64,000 nucleotides of DNA, taken from Myxococcota bacterium (GTDB lineage: Bacteria; Myxococcota_A; UBA9160; UBA6930). Position 1 is the stretch's first letter, and every line of letters starts with the position of its first letter. Below the pieces are notes generated by a model, which saw nothing but the letters and a program-made list of their open reading frames with translations, had not been told where the DNA came from and ran no database searches. This document shows, in pieces, positions 50,496 through 60,673 of the stretch. The stretch spans positions 1,920,001 through 1,984,000 of the forward strand of contig OZ245002.1 of NCBI GenBank assembly GCA_965223415.1, written 5' to 3'. The position numbers and the translations under genes were made by a program.

Positions 50496-51296
50496 CTAAC
50501 GCAGGCGGGCCGAGAGGCGTTCGGCGGCCTCGATCGCAAGCGGCGCGAAGTGCTGACGCAGAGCGTCCTCGCTGACGCGGAACGCGGGCACCGAGATGGA
50601 AACGGCCGCGGCCACGCGATCCGACGCGTCGTACACCGGGGCCGCAACGCAGCACATGCCCTCGACACACTCCTCGAGGTCCAGGGCGAAGCCCTCGCCC
50701 GCCACGCCGCGCAGGTGATCGAAGAACTTGTCGCGATCGGTGATGGTGACTGTGGTGTGACGTGGCAGCTCGCCGTCCCGCGCGCACTCGCGATCGAAGC
50801 GCTCCCAGACCTCGGAGCCGGCCGTCGCCAGCAACACCTTGCCGAGGGCGGTGCAGTGCAGCGGCAGGCGCTGGCCGACTCGCAGGCCCGTCAGCACAGG
50901 CTGGTCCGAGCGCTCGCCGTCCAGGTGGCTCACCTGCAGGTCCTGCAACGCCCCAAGATGCACCGACTCACCGCTCGCCTCCGCCAGGCGCTCGAGCTCG
51001 GCCCGGGCGTGGCGGGCCAGGTCGCGGCCCCGCGAGAACGCGTGACCCAGCTCGAGGCACCGCGCACCCAGCCGATAGCGATCCGTATCCGCCATCTGCT
51101 CCACGTAGCCCCGCTCCTCGAGGGTGGCGAGAAGGCGGAACACATTGTTCTTGTGGAGGGACAGACGCCGGGAGAGCTCGGTGACGCCCAGCTCCTCGGC
51201 CTCGCGGAAGGCTTCGAGAAGACGGAGAGCGTTGATGACCGTCTGGATCACGTACTCGCTCTTGGGACGCCGCGGCAGCTTGGTGGGGGGTGCCAT
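50496..51296 (-). CDS. IclR family transcriptional regulator
   Basis: N-terminal HTH; PLHCTALGKVLL; CVAAPV. Confidence 0.93.
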   Translation of the reverse strand: MAPPTKLPRRPKSEYVIQTVINALRLLEAFREAEELGVTELSRRLSLHKNNVFRLLATLEERGYVEQMADTDRYRLGARCLELGHAFSRGRDLARHARAELERLAEASGESVHLGALQDLQVSHLDGERSDQPVLTGLRVGQRLPLHCTALGKVLLATAGSEVWERFDRECARDGELPRHTTVTITDRDKFFDHLRGVAGEGFALDLEECVEGMCCVAAPVYDASDRVAAAVSISVPAFRVSEDALRQHFAPLAIEAAERLSARLR

Positions 51297-51345
51297 GGGG
51301 GTCTCCGGCCCGGAGCCGTGGGGCCCCGTGCCTCGTGAATACCGG

Positions 51346-51996
51346 CTAGGTGCGGTTCTTGACCTTCTCCCAGTCGGCCAGGAAGGCCTCCAGCCCGGCG
51401 TCGGTGAGCGGATGCTTCACCAGCTGGGCGATGACCTTCGGCGGCATGGTCACCACGTGGGCTCCCATCTTCGCCGCCTCGACCACGTGGATCGGGTGCC
51501 GGACGCTCGCGACCAGCACCTCCGTCTCGAAACCGTAGTTCGCGTAGATGGTGACGATCTGCTGGATCAGTCCCATCCCGTCGGTGGAGATATCATCGAG
51601 CCGCCCGACGAAGGGCGACGCGAAGGTGGCACCCGCCTTGGCGGCCATCAGCGCCTGGGTCGCGCTGAAGATGAGGGTGCAGTTCGTCTGGATGCCCTGG
51701 GACGAGAGCGTCTTCAGCGCCTTCAATCCCTCGAGGGTCATCGGGACCTTGATCACGATGTTGTCGGCGATCTTCCCGAGCTCGGTGGCCTCGGTGATCA
51801 TGCCGTCGTGATCGAGGGCGGTGACCTCCGCGCTGACCGGACCCTCCACGACCTTGCAGATCTCCTGGAGGATCTCCCGCGGATTGCCCGATTCCTTCGA
51901 AAGCAGACTCGGGTTGGTGGTGACGCCATCGAGCAGTCCCATGCCGGCGGCTTCCCGGATGTCGCTCACGCTCGCGGTATCGATGAAGAACTTCAA
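51346..51996 (-). CDS. fsa: Fructose-6-phosphate aldolase / transaldolase
   Basis: [27 protein letters not shown]. Confidence 0.93.
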   Translation of the reverse strand: MKFFIDTASVSDIREAAGMGLLDGVTTNPSLLSKESGNPREILQEICKVVEGPVSAEVTALDHDGMITEATELGKIADNIVIKVPMTLEGLKALKTLSSQGIQTNCTLIFSATQALMAAKAGATFASPFVGRLDDISTDGMGLIQQIVTIYANYGFETEVLVASVRHPIHVVEAAKMGAHVVTMPPKVIAQLVKHPLTDAGLEAFLADWEKVKNRT

Positions 51997-52152
51997 GTGT
52001 CGACGCTCTCAGGAAGAAGGGCTCGGAGCGGCTGAACGGGCGGTGGGAGCGGGATCGAGCCTGGGGCTTTGTAGTCGAGGCGACGTTCTCGTGTCAAGAA
52101 CGAGGAGACCCAAATACCTCAGTTTTTCGTCGGTGGGCGCCGGCTTACACTG

Positions 52153-52677
52153 TTATGTGTCCAGCGCCTCTTCGCTCCCCGTGGGAGCGCCGCGTTCGGC
52201 TCCCTCGCTCGCGATCAGCTCGAGAATCAGGAGACCCACACCGATCACGATCACCGAATCCGCGACGTTGAAGTCGGGCCACGAGGTGCCGGTCCACAGA
52301 CGGATGTGCAGGAAGTCGATCACCTCGCCGAAGCGGATGCGGTCGAGGAGGTTGCCCAGGGCACCGCCCAGGATCAGGCCCAGTGCGACGCCGGAGAGCC
52401 GATCCCTGGGGGCGAGCTGGCGGTAGAAGGAGAAGATCAGCACCACCGCGAGGGACGTGGCGATGAGGAAGAACCAGCGACGAAACGGCTCCGGCGCGGT
52501 CGCGAACATCGAGAAGGCGGCGCCCGGATTGCGAACGTGAGTCAGGTAGAAGAAACCCTCGATCACCGGCACGCGATCGCCGTAGGCGAGGTTCGTCACG
52601 ATCCATTGCTTGGTCGCCACGTCGAGGGGCAGGCTGGCGGCCAGGCCGACGAGAAACACCTTCAATTTCGGCGTCAT
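52153..52677 (-). CDS. lspA: Signal peptidase II
   Basis: NPGAAFS, GGALGNLLDR, VIDF, FNVAD. Confidence 0.96.
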   Translation of the reverse strand: MTPKLKVFLVGLAASLPLDVATKQWIVTNLAYGDRVPVIEGFFYLTHVRNPGAAFSMFATAPEPFRRWFFLIATSLAVVLIFSFYRQLAPRDRLSGVALGLILGGALGNLLDRIRFGEVIDFLHIRLWTGTSWPDFNVADSVIVIGVGLLILELIASEGAERGAPTGSEEALDT

Positions 52678-52693
52678 CGGGCGAAGGAACCTA

Positions 52694-53173
52694 TCACCGC
52701 AGCTCCAGGGCGTCGAGCCGACCGTCGGCCCACACTCCCGGAAACGCCCGCTCCGCCTCTCTCAGCGCTGCGGCATCCCCGAGCGCACCGCGCAGCCCGG
52801 TCGCATGCATCAGGGCCCCTGCGGGTGCGTCTTCCAGGCGGAGCAGCACCTCGGCCTGTTCCAGGAAGTGAACACCCTGGGTGGCGTCACCCCGCGCCTC
52901 GGCGCTGCGTGCGAGCGCGAGGAACGCGTAGGGATTGGTGGGATCCACCTGCAAGGCCCGCTCGAAGAGGGAGCGACCGCGAGAGGCGTTGCCCTCCGCC
53001 TCGGCGTCGAGCCCCCCGAGGACGAGCCGGGTGGACGCACGGCGCGCCGCATCTCCCGCACCGACGACGTGGGAGATGCGGAACGGCTCCGCCCGCGGGG
53101 CAGGGCCGAATGCGGCGCACCCGCTCGTCGCCAGTGCGAGCACCCAGACACCCACGAGACCGACGCGCGTCAC
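52694..53173 (-). CDS. TPR-containing lipoprotein
   Basis: Lipobox-like ATSGC; ERALQVDPTNPYAFLALA; coupled to the PBP1B stop. Confidence 0.75.
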   Translation of the reverse strand: MTRVGLVGVWVLALATSGCAAFGPAPRAEPFRISHVVGAGDAARRASTRLVLGGLDAEAEGNASRGRSLFERALQVDPTNPYAFLALARSAEARGDATQGVHFLEQAEVLLRLEDAPAGALMHATGLRGALGDAAALREAERAFPGVWADGRLDALELR

Positions 53174-55611
53174 AGCCGATCCAGCCAACGCTCGAACAGG
53201 CGCTGGATGACGGCGCGGGGACCGCGCCGTCGACCGGCGTGATCGCGCTCCACGTCGCGTTCGAAGCGCGCCCACTCCGGGCAGGTGCGAGAGGGCTCGG
53301 TGCCCCTGAGGAAGTACTCGGGCTGCCGCTGGGGACAGCCGCGCATGGCGAGCGCACCGGTCGCAGGATCGACGTCGATGCGGGCGACGTCACCCGGAGG
53401 GACGAAGCGTCCGCGAATCCTCCCTCCGAGGGCGCTGCGCACGAAGCGCGCCCAGAGGGGAACCGCGACCCGGCTGGACGCCAGGCCGAGACTACGGGGC
53501 TGGTCGAAGCCGACCCAAACGGCCACCACGAGCTCCGGCGTGAATCCGACGAACCAGGCGTCCCGCTCGTCGTCGCTGGTGCCGGTCTTTCCCGCCACCG
53601 GTCCGTCGATGCCAGCGCTCCGCAGGGCGCGCGCCGTGCCGCGATCGACCACACCCTGCATGAGGGAGGTGGCGAGGAACGCGGTGCCCGCATCGAGCAC
53701 GCGCTCGAAACGGATCTCCTGGCGCTCGACCGTGCCCCCCCGCGGGTCGACCACGTCTTCGAAGGTGCGGATCTCCGGCCGCACGCCGCGATTGGCCAGG
53801 GTCGCGTAGGCCCTCGCCATCTCGAGGGGCGAGACGTCGGCGGCTCCGATCGCGAGGGAGGGCACCTGGGGAAGCGGGCTCTCGATGCCGAGCCGGCGCG
53901 CCACGTCGCTGATCCGCGCCACTCCCACCTCCTGGCCGAGGCGTGCCGCCGCCACGTTGAAGGAGCGCTCCATGGCGATCCGCACGGGCACGGTGCCGTG
54001 GAACTTGCGGTCGAAGTTCCGCGGCTGCCACGGCCCGGAGACGGTCGCCACCTCGAGGGGTTCGTCGGAGAGCTGGCTCGCCAGGGTGATGTGAGGCGAG
54101 CCGTTCACCGGCTCGAGCGCGGCGACGTACACGAAGGGCTTGAAGACGCTCCCCGCCGGGCGCCGGGCTTGGGTGCAGCGATCGAACTGGCTCTCGGCGT
54201 AGCTACGCCCGCCCACCATCGCGAGCACCTCGCCGGTCTGGGGCCGCAGGGCCACCAGGCACGCCTGCAGCGTGCCCTGCCCTTTCTTCAAGGTGGGGTG
54301 CTTCTCCTCCAGCTCGGCCAGGCCGCCGCGTACCGCATCGGTGGCGGCCCGCTGCAGGCGCAGGTCCAGGGTGGAGTAGATCTCGAGTCCTTCGGTGGTG
54401 AGGGTGTCGCTGCCGTAGAACTCGGGCAGCTGCCGGCGCAGGGCGTCGAGGAAGAAGCGCGCCTCGCGCGGCTCCGGCGTCACGTCCGCCACCTTGAGCG
54501 GCCGGGAGACGGCCAGCTGATAGGCGGGCGGGGCGATCCGCCCCTGCTCGAGCATCAGTCGCAGGACGAGGTCCCTGCGCCGGGTCGCGCTCTCGACCTG
54601 ACGGTGGGGGGAGAGGCCGTTCGGGCTCTGGATGATCGCCGCAATCAGCGCCGACTCGTGGAGGTCGAGGTGGCGCACCGACTTCCCGAAGTAGAGCCGA
54701 GACGCCTCGCCCACGCCGTGAATGGCCGTGGAGCCCCGCTGACCCAGGTAGATCTCGTTGAGATAGGCCTCGAGGATGGCCAGCTTGTCGTAGCGGGCCT
54801 CCAGCAGCAGGGCCATCAGCGCTTCCTGGGCCTTGCGCTCGTAGCTGCGCTCCGGCGTCAGGAAGAAGTTCTTCACCAGCTGCTGGGTGAGGGTGCTGCC
54901 GCCCTGGGTGATCCCGCCGGCGCGCAGGTTGGCGACGAGAGCGCCGAGGATGCGCCGCAGGTCGATCCCCGGGTGCTGGTGGAAGCGCTGGTCCTCCACC
55001 GCGAGCACGGCGTCGATGAGGTGCTGGGGGACGTCGCCGGCCTGGACGAGATCGCGCTGCTCGTGGTCGGGACCGTAGTAGGCGCCCACCAGCTCGGGCT
55101 CCAGGAAGAGCGCCCCCAGCTCGCGGCCGCTGCGGGCGTCCCGCAGCTCTTCGATGGCGCTGCCCGCGAAGCGGATCTTGACCAGTCGGGCGGGCTCGGC
55201 CCGGCTCGGATGCTCGAAAGCGCGCCGATGCAGGCGCACCCCGCGGGCGCCCCAGTGGAAGCGCCCCACGGGAATGTCCGCGGCGCGGCCGATCTCCCGG
55301 TAGCCCAGGCGCTTCAGGGTTCCGCGCAGGTCGACCTGCTTCCAGTCGAGGCCCGGATACAGGATGGTGGGGGCCGAGAGCACCCGCGACGGCACCCGGA
55401 ACAGCCGTCCCTCGAAGCGGGCGACGACGGTGCGGTCGAGTTCGCGGAGCATCCGGCCGAAGGCGAAGCCGCCGGCCATGCTGGCCACCAGCAGCAGCAG
55501 GCCGAGCCAGCGGCGCCAGCGCACACCGCTGCGGCGGGCGGGCTTGCGACGCCTGCCTGCGCTGCGCTTGCGTGCCGGTTTCTTCCTGGCGGCCACGGGC
55601 TCCCTCGGCAT
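53170..55611 (-). CDS. mrcB: Penicillin-binding protein 1B
   Basis: UB2H-like region; EDQRF, GGSTLTQQLVKN; SVFK, SFN and KTG motifs. Confidence 0.92.
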   Translation of the reverse strand: MPREPVAARKKPARKRSAGRRRKPARRSGVRWRRWLGLLLLVASMAGGFAFGRMLRELDRTVVARFEGRLFRVPSRVLSAPTILYPGLDWKQVDLRGTLKRLGYREIGRAADIPVGRFHWGARGVRLHRRAFEHPSRAEPARLVKIRFAGSAIEELRDARSGRELGALFLEPELVGAYYGPDHEQRDLVQAGDVPQHLIDAVLAVEDQRFHQHPGIDLRRILGALVANLRAGGITQGGSTLTQQLVKNFFLTPERSYERKAQEALMALLLEARYDKLAILEAYLNEIYLGQRGSTAIHGVGEASRLYFGKSVRHLDLHESALIAAIIQSPNGLSPHRQVESATRRRDLVLRLMLEQGRIAPPAYQLAVSRPLKVADVTPEPREARFFLDALRRQLPEFYGSDTLTTEGLEIYSTLDLRLQRAATDAVRGGLAELEEKHPTLKKGQGTLQACLVALRPQTGEVLAMVGGRSYAESQFDRCTQARRPAGSVFKPFVYVAALEPVNGSPHITLASQLSDEPLEVATVSGPWQPRNFDRKFHGTVPVRIAMERSFNVAAARLGQEVGVARISDVARRLGIESPLPQVPSLAIGAADVSPLEMARAYATLANRGVRPEIRTFEDVVDPRGGTVERQEIRFERVLDAGTAFLATSLMQGVVDRGTARALRSAGIDGPVAGKTGTSDDERDAWFVGFTPELVVAVWVGFDQPRSLGLASSRVAVPLWARFVRSALGGRIRGRFVPPGDVARIDVDPATGALAMRGCPQRQPEYFLRGTEPSRTCPEWARFERDVERDHAGRRRGPRAVIQRLFERWLDRL

Positions 55612-55752
55612 CCGGATGAGCTCCCGCGGCCGCGGGCCTCACCCCAGGCCGAGACTCGCATATGGGGTTGGGGGCCGCCCGGGGCGGACCGGTTCCGTTG
55701 CCGGTTCCCTGCGCATGTTGCGGAACGGCCCGGTTTTTCGGAGAGTTTCCGA

Positions 55753-57165
55753 ATGTCGGGGAAGGGCGAACAGGCTTCCACCAAGCTTTGGGGCGGGCGC
55801 TTCCAGGGAGCGACCGATCCCGCGGTCGAGCGCTTCAGCGCGTCGGTGGCCTTCGATCGGGCGCTGGCGCGCTACGACCTGCGCGGCTCGATCGCCCATG
55901 CCCGCATGCTCGGCGAGACCGGGCTCGTTTCTGCCGGCGACGTGGACGCCATCGTGGCGGGGCTCGAGGCCATCGGCGCGGACATCGAGGCCGGTCGCTT
56001 CGCCTTCGACGACGCCCTCGAGGACATCCACATGAACGTGGAGGCCGCCCTGCGGGAGCGCATCGGCCCGGCAGCGGGGCGCCTGCATACGGGGCGCAGC
56101 CGCAACGACCAGGTGGCGACGGACCTCGCGCTCTACCTGCGCGACGCCGCCGCTGCCGCGGAGGCGGGGCTGGTGCAGCTGCGGGGCGTGCTGCTCGAGC
56201 GCGCCCGGGAGCACGTGGACACGGTGCTGCCCGGCTACACCCATCTGCAGCGGGCCCAGCCGGTGCGGCTCGCTCACCACTGGCTCGCGTTCTTCGAGAT
56301 GTGGACGCGAGACGCCGGCCGCTTCCGGGACCTGCGCGCGCGCCTCGACCGCGCGCCCCTCGGCTCCGGGGCGCTGGCGGGCTCGACCCTTCCCCTCGAC
56401 CGTGCCCGGACCGCGGAGAGCCTGGGCTTCGACGGCCCGTCCCGGAACAGCATGGACGCAGTGGCCTCCCGGGACGGCGCCCTCGAGTTCCTCTCGGCGG
56501 CGGCCATCGCGATGGTGCACCTCTCCCGCTTCGCGGAGGAGCTGGTGCTGTGGTCGTCCAGCGAGTTCGGCTTCGTCACCCTGGCCGATGCCTACTCGAC
56601 GGGCTCGAGCCTGATGCCCCAGAAGAAGAACCCGGACGTGCCGGAGCTGGTGCGGGGCAAGAGTGGCCGGGCCATCGGCAACCTGGTCACCCTGCTGACG
56701 GTGATGAAGGGGCTGCCCCTCACCTACAACCGGGACCTCCAAGAGGACAAGGAGCCGCTCTTCGACTCGGCGCGCACCCTGGGCGACAGCCTCGAGGTAA
56801 TGGCCGGCGCCCTGGCGACGCTCCGCGTGAACGGCGAGCGCATGCGCGAGGCGGCGAGCGATCCGCTGCTGCTCGCCACCGACCTGGCCGAGGCCCTGGT
56901 GCGGCAGGACGTCCCGTTCCGGGAGGCGCACGAGGTGGTCGGCAAGCTCGTGGCCCACTGCGAAGCGAACGATCTGGACCTCGCCGCCCTCTCCCACGAG
57001 GCACTGCGCGGGTTCCATCCCGCCTTCCCTGCCGGGGCGGACGAGCTGTTGGCGCTGGAGCGAGCCCTCGAGGAGCGCGCGCTCCCGGGCGGCACCGCGC
57101 GGGCACGGGTCATGGAAGCGCTGGACGAGGCCACCGCGCGCCTGGCCGGCGAGGGGGAGGAGTGA
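55753..57165 (+). CDS. argH: Argininosuccinate lyase
   Basis: KLWGGRF, HTGRSRNDQ, GSSLMPQKKNPD. Confidence 0.97.
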   Translation: MSGKGEQASTKLWGGRFQGATDPAVERFSASVAFDRALARYDLRGSIAHARMLGETGLVSAGDVDAIVAGLEAIGADIEAGRFAFDDALEDIHMNVEAALRERIGPAAGRLHTGRSRNDQVATDLALYLRDAAAAAEAGLVQLRGVLLERAREHVDTVLPGYTHLQRAQPVRLAHHWLAFFEMWTRDAGRFRDLRARLDRAPLGSGALAGSTLPLDRARTAESLGFDGPSRNSMDAVASRDGALEFLSAAAIAMVHLSRFAEELVLWSSSEFGFVTLADAYSTGSSLMPQKKNPDVPELVRGKSGRAIGNLVTLLTVMKGLPLTYNRDLQEDKEPLFDSARTLGDSLEVMAGALATLRVNGERMREAASDPLLLATDLAEALVRQDVPFREAHEVVGKLVAHCEANDLDLAALSHEALRGFHPAFPAGADELLALERALEERALPGGTARARVMEALDEATARLAGEGEE

Positions 57166-57167
57166 GC

Positions 57168-57344
57168 ATGCGGAAGATCGCCCTCGGGGTGCTGGTGGTC
57201 GCGGGCCTCGGGCTCGGTTGTGGCAAGTACGGCCCGCCGGTGCGCGCGGCCCAGCCCGCGGAGGAGGCCGCCGTGCCGGCCCCGGCGGCCCCGGCCCCGG
57301 CGCCCGCAGAGACGCCGCCAGCAGCGGAGGCTCCCGCTCCGTGA
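57168..57344 (+). CDS. Small lipoprotein, LptM/LppL-like
   Basis: LGCGKYGPP lipobox motif followed by an Ala/Pro tail; lies between argH and dapF. Confidence 0.7.
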   Translation: MRKIALGVLVVAGLGLGCGKYGPPVRAAQPAEEAAVPAPAAPAPAPAETPPAAEAPAP

Positions 57345-58201
57345 CCTTGACGCCGTTCACGAAGATGCACGGCGCGGGCAACGACTTCGTCGTGCTCGAC
57401 GGGCTGCGGAATGAGCTGCCGCCCCTCGAGCCCGTGGCGGCGGCCCTCGGCAACCGGCACACCGGCGTCGGCTTCGACCAGCTGCTCGTCGTGCGGCCGA
57501 GCAGCGCGGCGGACTTCCGCATGGAGATCTACAACGCGGACGGCTCCCAGGTGGAGATGTGCGCGAACGGCATCCGCTGCTTCTACCGCTACCTGCGCGA
57601 CGCGGAACACACCGAGGCGGACGAGGTGCGGGTCGAGACCCTCTCCGGCGTGGTCGTGCCGCGCCATGCCGGTGAAGGCTGGGTGACCGTCGACATGGGG
57701 CCGCCGGTGCTCGCCCCGGCAAAGATCCCCACCACGCTGGGCGACCCGGCGGGAGAGGGCCCGGTGCTCGATGTCCCCCTGGAGGTGGGCGGCCAGACGC
57801 TCACGGTCTCCGCCATCTCGATGGGCAACCCGCACTGCGTCGTCGTGGTGGACGACGTCGACGCCTTCCCGGTGGAGGCGCTGGGGCCCAAGATCGAGCA
57901 CCACCCGGCGTTCCCGAACCGGGTGAACGTCGAGTTCGTGCGCGTCGCGAGCCGTGCACGCGTCCTGCAGCGCACCTGGGAGCGCGGCACCGGCGAGACG
58001 CTGGCCTGCGGCAGCGGCGCCTGCGCCACCGCCGTCGCGCAGATGCTGCGGGGCCAGGTGGACCCGGAGGTCGCGATCGAGCTGCGCGGCGGCGAGCTGC
58101 GCATCGCGTGGGACGGCGGGGACGCGAGCGTCTTCATGACCGGCCCCGCCGCACACGTCTATCGCGGCGAGATCGATCTCGCTGCGCTCGCGAGGGGGTG
58201 A
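57341..58201 (+). CDS. dapF: Diaminopimelate epimerase
   Basis: KMHGAGNDF, EMCANG, MGNPH, ERGTGETLACGSG. Confidence 0.97.
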   Translation: MTLTPFTKMHGAGNDFVVLDGLRNELPPLEPVAAALGNRHTGVGFDQLLVVRPSSAADFRMEIYNADGSQVEMCANGIRCFYRYLRDAEHTEADEVRVETLSGVVVPRHAGEGWVTVDMGPPVLAPAKIPTTLGDPAGEGPVLDVPLEVGGQTLTVSAISMGNPHCVVVVDDVDAFPVEALGPKIEHHPAFPNRVNVEFVRVASRARVLQRTWERGTGETLACGSGACATAVAQMLRGQVDPEVAIELRGGELRIAWDGGDASVFMTGPAAHVYRGEIDLAALARG

Positions 58202-58203
58202 GC

Positions 58204-59076
58204 ATGTTCGAAGGAGTGCTGACGGCGCTGGTCACCCCGTTCCGGGACGGAGCGGTGGACGAACGCGCCCTCCAGGAGCTGGTGGAGCTGCAGATCGGCG
58301 CCGGCGTGGACGGACTGGTGCCCTGCGGCTCGACCGGCGAGTCCGCGACCCTGAGCCACGCGGAGCACCGCCGGGTGGTCGAGGTGGTGGTGGCGGCGGC
58401 CCGGGGACGCGTGCCGGTCGTGGCGGGCACCGGCTCCAACTCGACCCGCGAGGCGGTGGAGCTGACCCGTCACGCCAAGGAGGCGGGTGCCGACGGCGCG
58501 CTCCTGATCTCGCCCTACTACAACAAGCCCACACCCGACGGCATCGTCCAGCACTACGCGGCGATCGCCGCGGAGACGGCGTTCCCGTTGATCGTCTACA
58601 ACATCCCGGGGCGCACGGCCTCGAACATCCTCCCGGAGACCTTCGCCCGGCTCGCCGAGATCGAGCAGGTGGTGGCGGTGAAGGAATCCTGCGGCGACAT
58701 GGACCAGGTGGCGCACCTGATCGCGGCCACGCCGGACGACTTCCGGGTGCTCTCCGGCGACGACTGGGGCACGCTGCCGATCCTTGCGCTGGGTGGCGCC
58801 GGCGTGATCTCGACGACCGGAAACGTGGCGCCCTCGGACATGGTGGAGCTGGTCCGGGCCTACAAGGCCGGCGATCTGGGGCGCGCGCGGGAGGCCTACT
58901 ACCGGCTGCTGCCGCTGTTCGACGCGCTCTTCTGCGAGACCAACCCGATCCCCGTGAAGGCGGCCCTGGCGCTGCGGGGGCTGTGCACCGACGAGATCCG
59001 GCTGCCGCTCACCCCGATCACGCCGCCGAACCGCGAGCGACTGCAGGTCGCCCTGAAAGAGTTCGGTCTCCTGTGA
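58204..59076 (+). CDS. dapA: 4-hydroxy-tetrahydrodipicolinate synthase
   Basis: GSTGES, PYYNKP, YNIPGRT, ETNPIPVK. Confidence 0.97.
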   Translation: MFEGVLTALVTPFRDGAVDERALQELVELQIGAGVDGLVPCGSTGESATLSHAEHRRVVEVVVAAARGRVPVVAGTGSNSTREAVELTRHAKEAGADGALLISPYYNKPTPDGIVQHYAAIAAETAFPLIVYNIPGRTASNILPETFARLAEIEQVVAVKESCGDMDQVAHLIAATPDDFRVLSGDDWGTLPILALGGAGVISTTGNVAPSDMVELVRAYKAGDLGRAREAYYRLLPLFDALFCETNPIPVKAALALRGLCTDEIRLPLTPITPPNRERLQVALKEFGLL

Positions 59077-59864
59077 GCGGACGGGTCCTGGTCGTCGGCG
59101 CGCTCGGACGCATGGGCGAGCGGGTGCGGGCGGCGCTCCGTGGGCATCCTGCCCTGTCACTGCGTGCCGCGCTGGAGGCGCCGGGACATCCCCGACTCGG
59201 GGAAGAGCTGGCGCCCGGTGTGACCGTGGGAGACGATCCGGCGGCCGCCCTCGACGCCTGCGACGTGGCCATCGTGTTCGCGAACCCCGCGGCCACCCTG
59301 GCCGTGCTGCGGGTCGCGGCCGACCGGGGCCTGCCCTGCGTGGTCGGCACGACGGGCTTCGACCCGGAGCAGCGGGCGGAGCTCGAGGCGCTCGCGGGCA
59401 AGATCCCGCTGGTCGTCGCCGCCAACTTCTCGGTGGCGGTGAACGTGCTCTTCCACCTGGCGCGGGAGGCGGCGCGCCTGCTCGGTCCCGGCTTCGATGC
59501 GGAGATCGTCGAGATCCATCACGGCGGCAAGGTCGACGCGCCGAGCGGCACCGCGCTGCGGCTCGGTGCCGCAGTCGCCGAGGGCCGGGGGCAGAACCTC
59601 GACGAGCACCTGGTGCTCGCGAGAGAAGGGCTGACGGGACCCCGCCCGGAGGCGGCCATCGGGATCCAGACCCTTCGCGGCGGCGACAACCCGGGCGAGC
59701 ACACCCTGCATCTCGTGGGCAGCGGCGAGCGCCTGGAGCTGACCCACCGCTCCATGACCCGGGACCACTTCGCCCGCGGCGCGGTGCGTGCGGCAGCCTG
59801 GGTGAGCGAGCGCGGACCCGGGCTCTACGACATGGAGCAGGTACTGGGGCTCGGAGGCGCGTGA
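59073..59864 (+). CDS. dapB: 4-hydroxy-tetrahydrodipicolinate reductase
   Basis: GALGRMG, GTTG, EIHHGGKVDAPSGTA. Confidence 0.96.
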   Translation: MSGRVLVVGALGRMGERVRAALRGHPALSLRAALEAPGHPRLGEELAPGVTVGDDPAAALDACDVAIVFANPAATLAVLRVAADRGLPCVVGTTGFDPEQRAELEALAGKIPLVVAANFSVAVNVLFHLAREAARLLGPGFDAEIVEIHHGGKVDAPSGTALRLGAAVAEGRGQNLDEHLVLAREGLTGPRPEAAIGIQTLRGGDNPGEHTLHLVGSGERLELTHRSMTRDHFARGAVRAAAWVSERGPGLYDMEQVLGLGGA

Positions 59865-60673
59865 GCACGCCGGGCTCGCCCCAGGGCCGGCTCGTCGCGG
59901 GCATCTCCCTGGAAGCGCCAGAGCGGCTGGGCATCGCGGGCGGCGAAGCGATCCTGTTCACCCGAGCATCCCCGGACCGCGACGCCAACGAGGACGCCGC
60001 CGGGCTGTTTCCCCTGGGCCCCGGAGGCGTGCTCGCCGTGGCCGACGGGGTGGGCGGCCTTCCCGCCGGCGAAAGCGCCTCGCGGACGGTGCTCGAGTGC
60101 CTGTGGGATGCGCTGCTCGCCGCGGACCCGAGCGCCGAGAGCCTGCGCGGATCGATCCTCGACGGCATCGAAGCGGGCAATCAGGCGCTGCTGGCGAACG
60201 GCTCCGGCGCGGCGACCACCCTGGCGGTGGCCGAGCTGCGCGGCCGCGAGCTGCGCACCTACCACGTCGGCGATGCGAGCATCCTGCTCGTCGGCCAGCG
60301 CGGGCGCATCAAGTGCCAGACCGTCGCCCACTCGCCAGTCGGCTACGCCCAGGAGGCCGGCCTGCTCGACGAGGAGGAGGCCCTCGACCACGACCAGCGC
60401 CACCTCATCTCGAACGCCGTCGGCACCCCCGACATGCGCATCGAGGTGGGCAGCCCCATCACCATGGCCCCCCGCGACACCCTGCTGCTCGCGACCGACG
60501 GCCTGTTCGACAACCTCCTCCTCTACGAGATCGTCGAAGCCATCCGCCGCGGCCCCCTCGACCGCGCCACCCACACCCTCCAGACCACCTGCCGGCGCCG
60601 CATGCGCGGCGAAGAGCCCGGCCCCTCCAAGCCCGACGACGCCACCCTCGTGCTGTTCCGCGCTACGCGGTGA
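59861..60673 (+). CDS. PP2C-family Ser/Thr phosphatase
   Basis: NED, VADGVGG, HVGD, LATDGL, DDAT. Confidence 0.92.
   Translation: MSTPGSPQGRLVAGISLEAPERLGIAGGEAILFTRASPDRDANEDAAGLFPLGPGGVLAVADGVGGLPAGESASRTVLECLWDALLAADPSAESLRGSILDGIEAGNQALLANGSGAATTLAVAELRGRELRTYHVGDASILLVGQRGRIKCQTVAHSPVGYAQEAGLLDEEEALDHDQRHLISNAVGTPDMRIEVGSPITMAPRDTLLLATDGLFDNLLLYEIVEAIRRGPLDRATHTLQTTCRRRMRGEEPGPSKPDDATLVLFRATR

Noticed and set aside
52306..55752. 1619-aa ORF suggesting a giant ArgH fusion
   Set aside because: The upstream part is antisense to lspA/mrcB; ArgH similarity starts at the ATG at 55753
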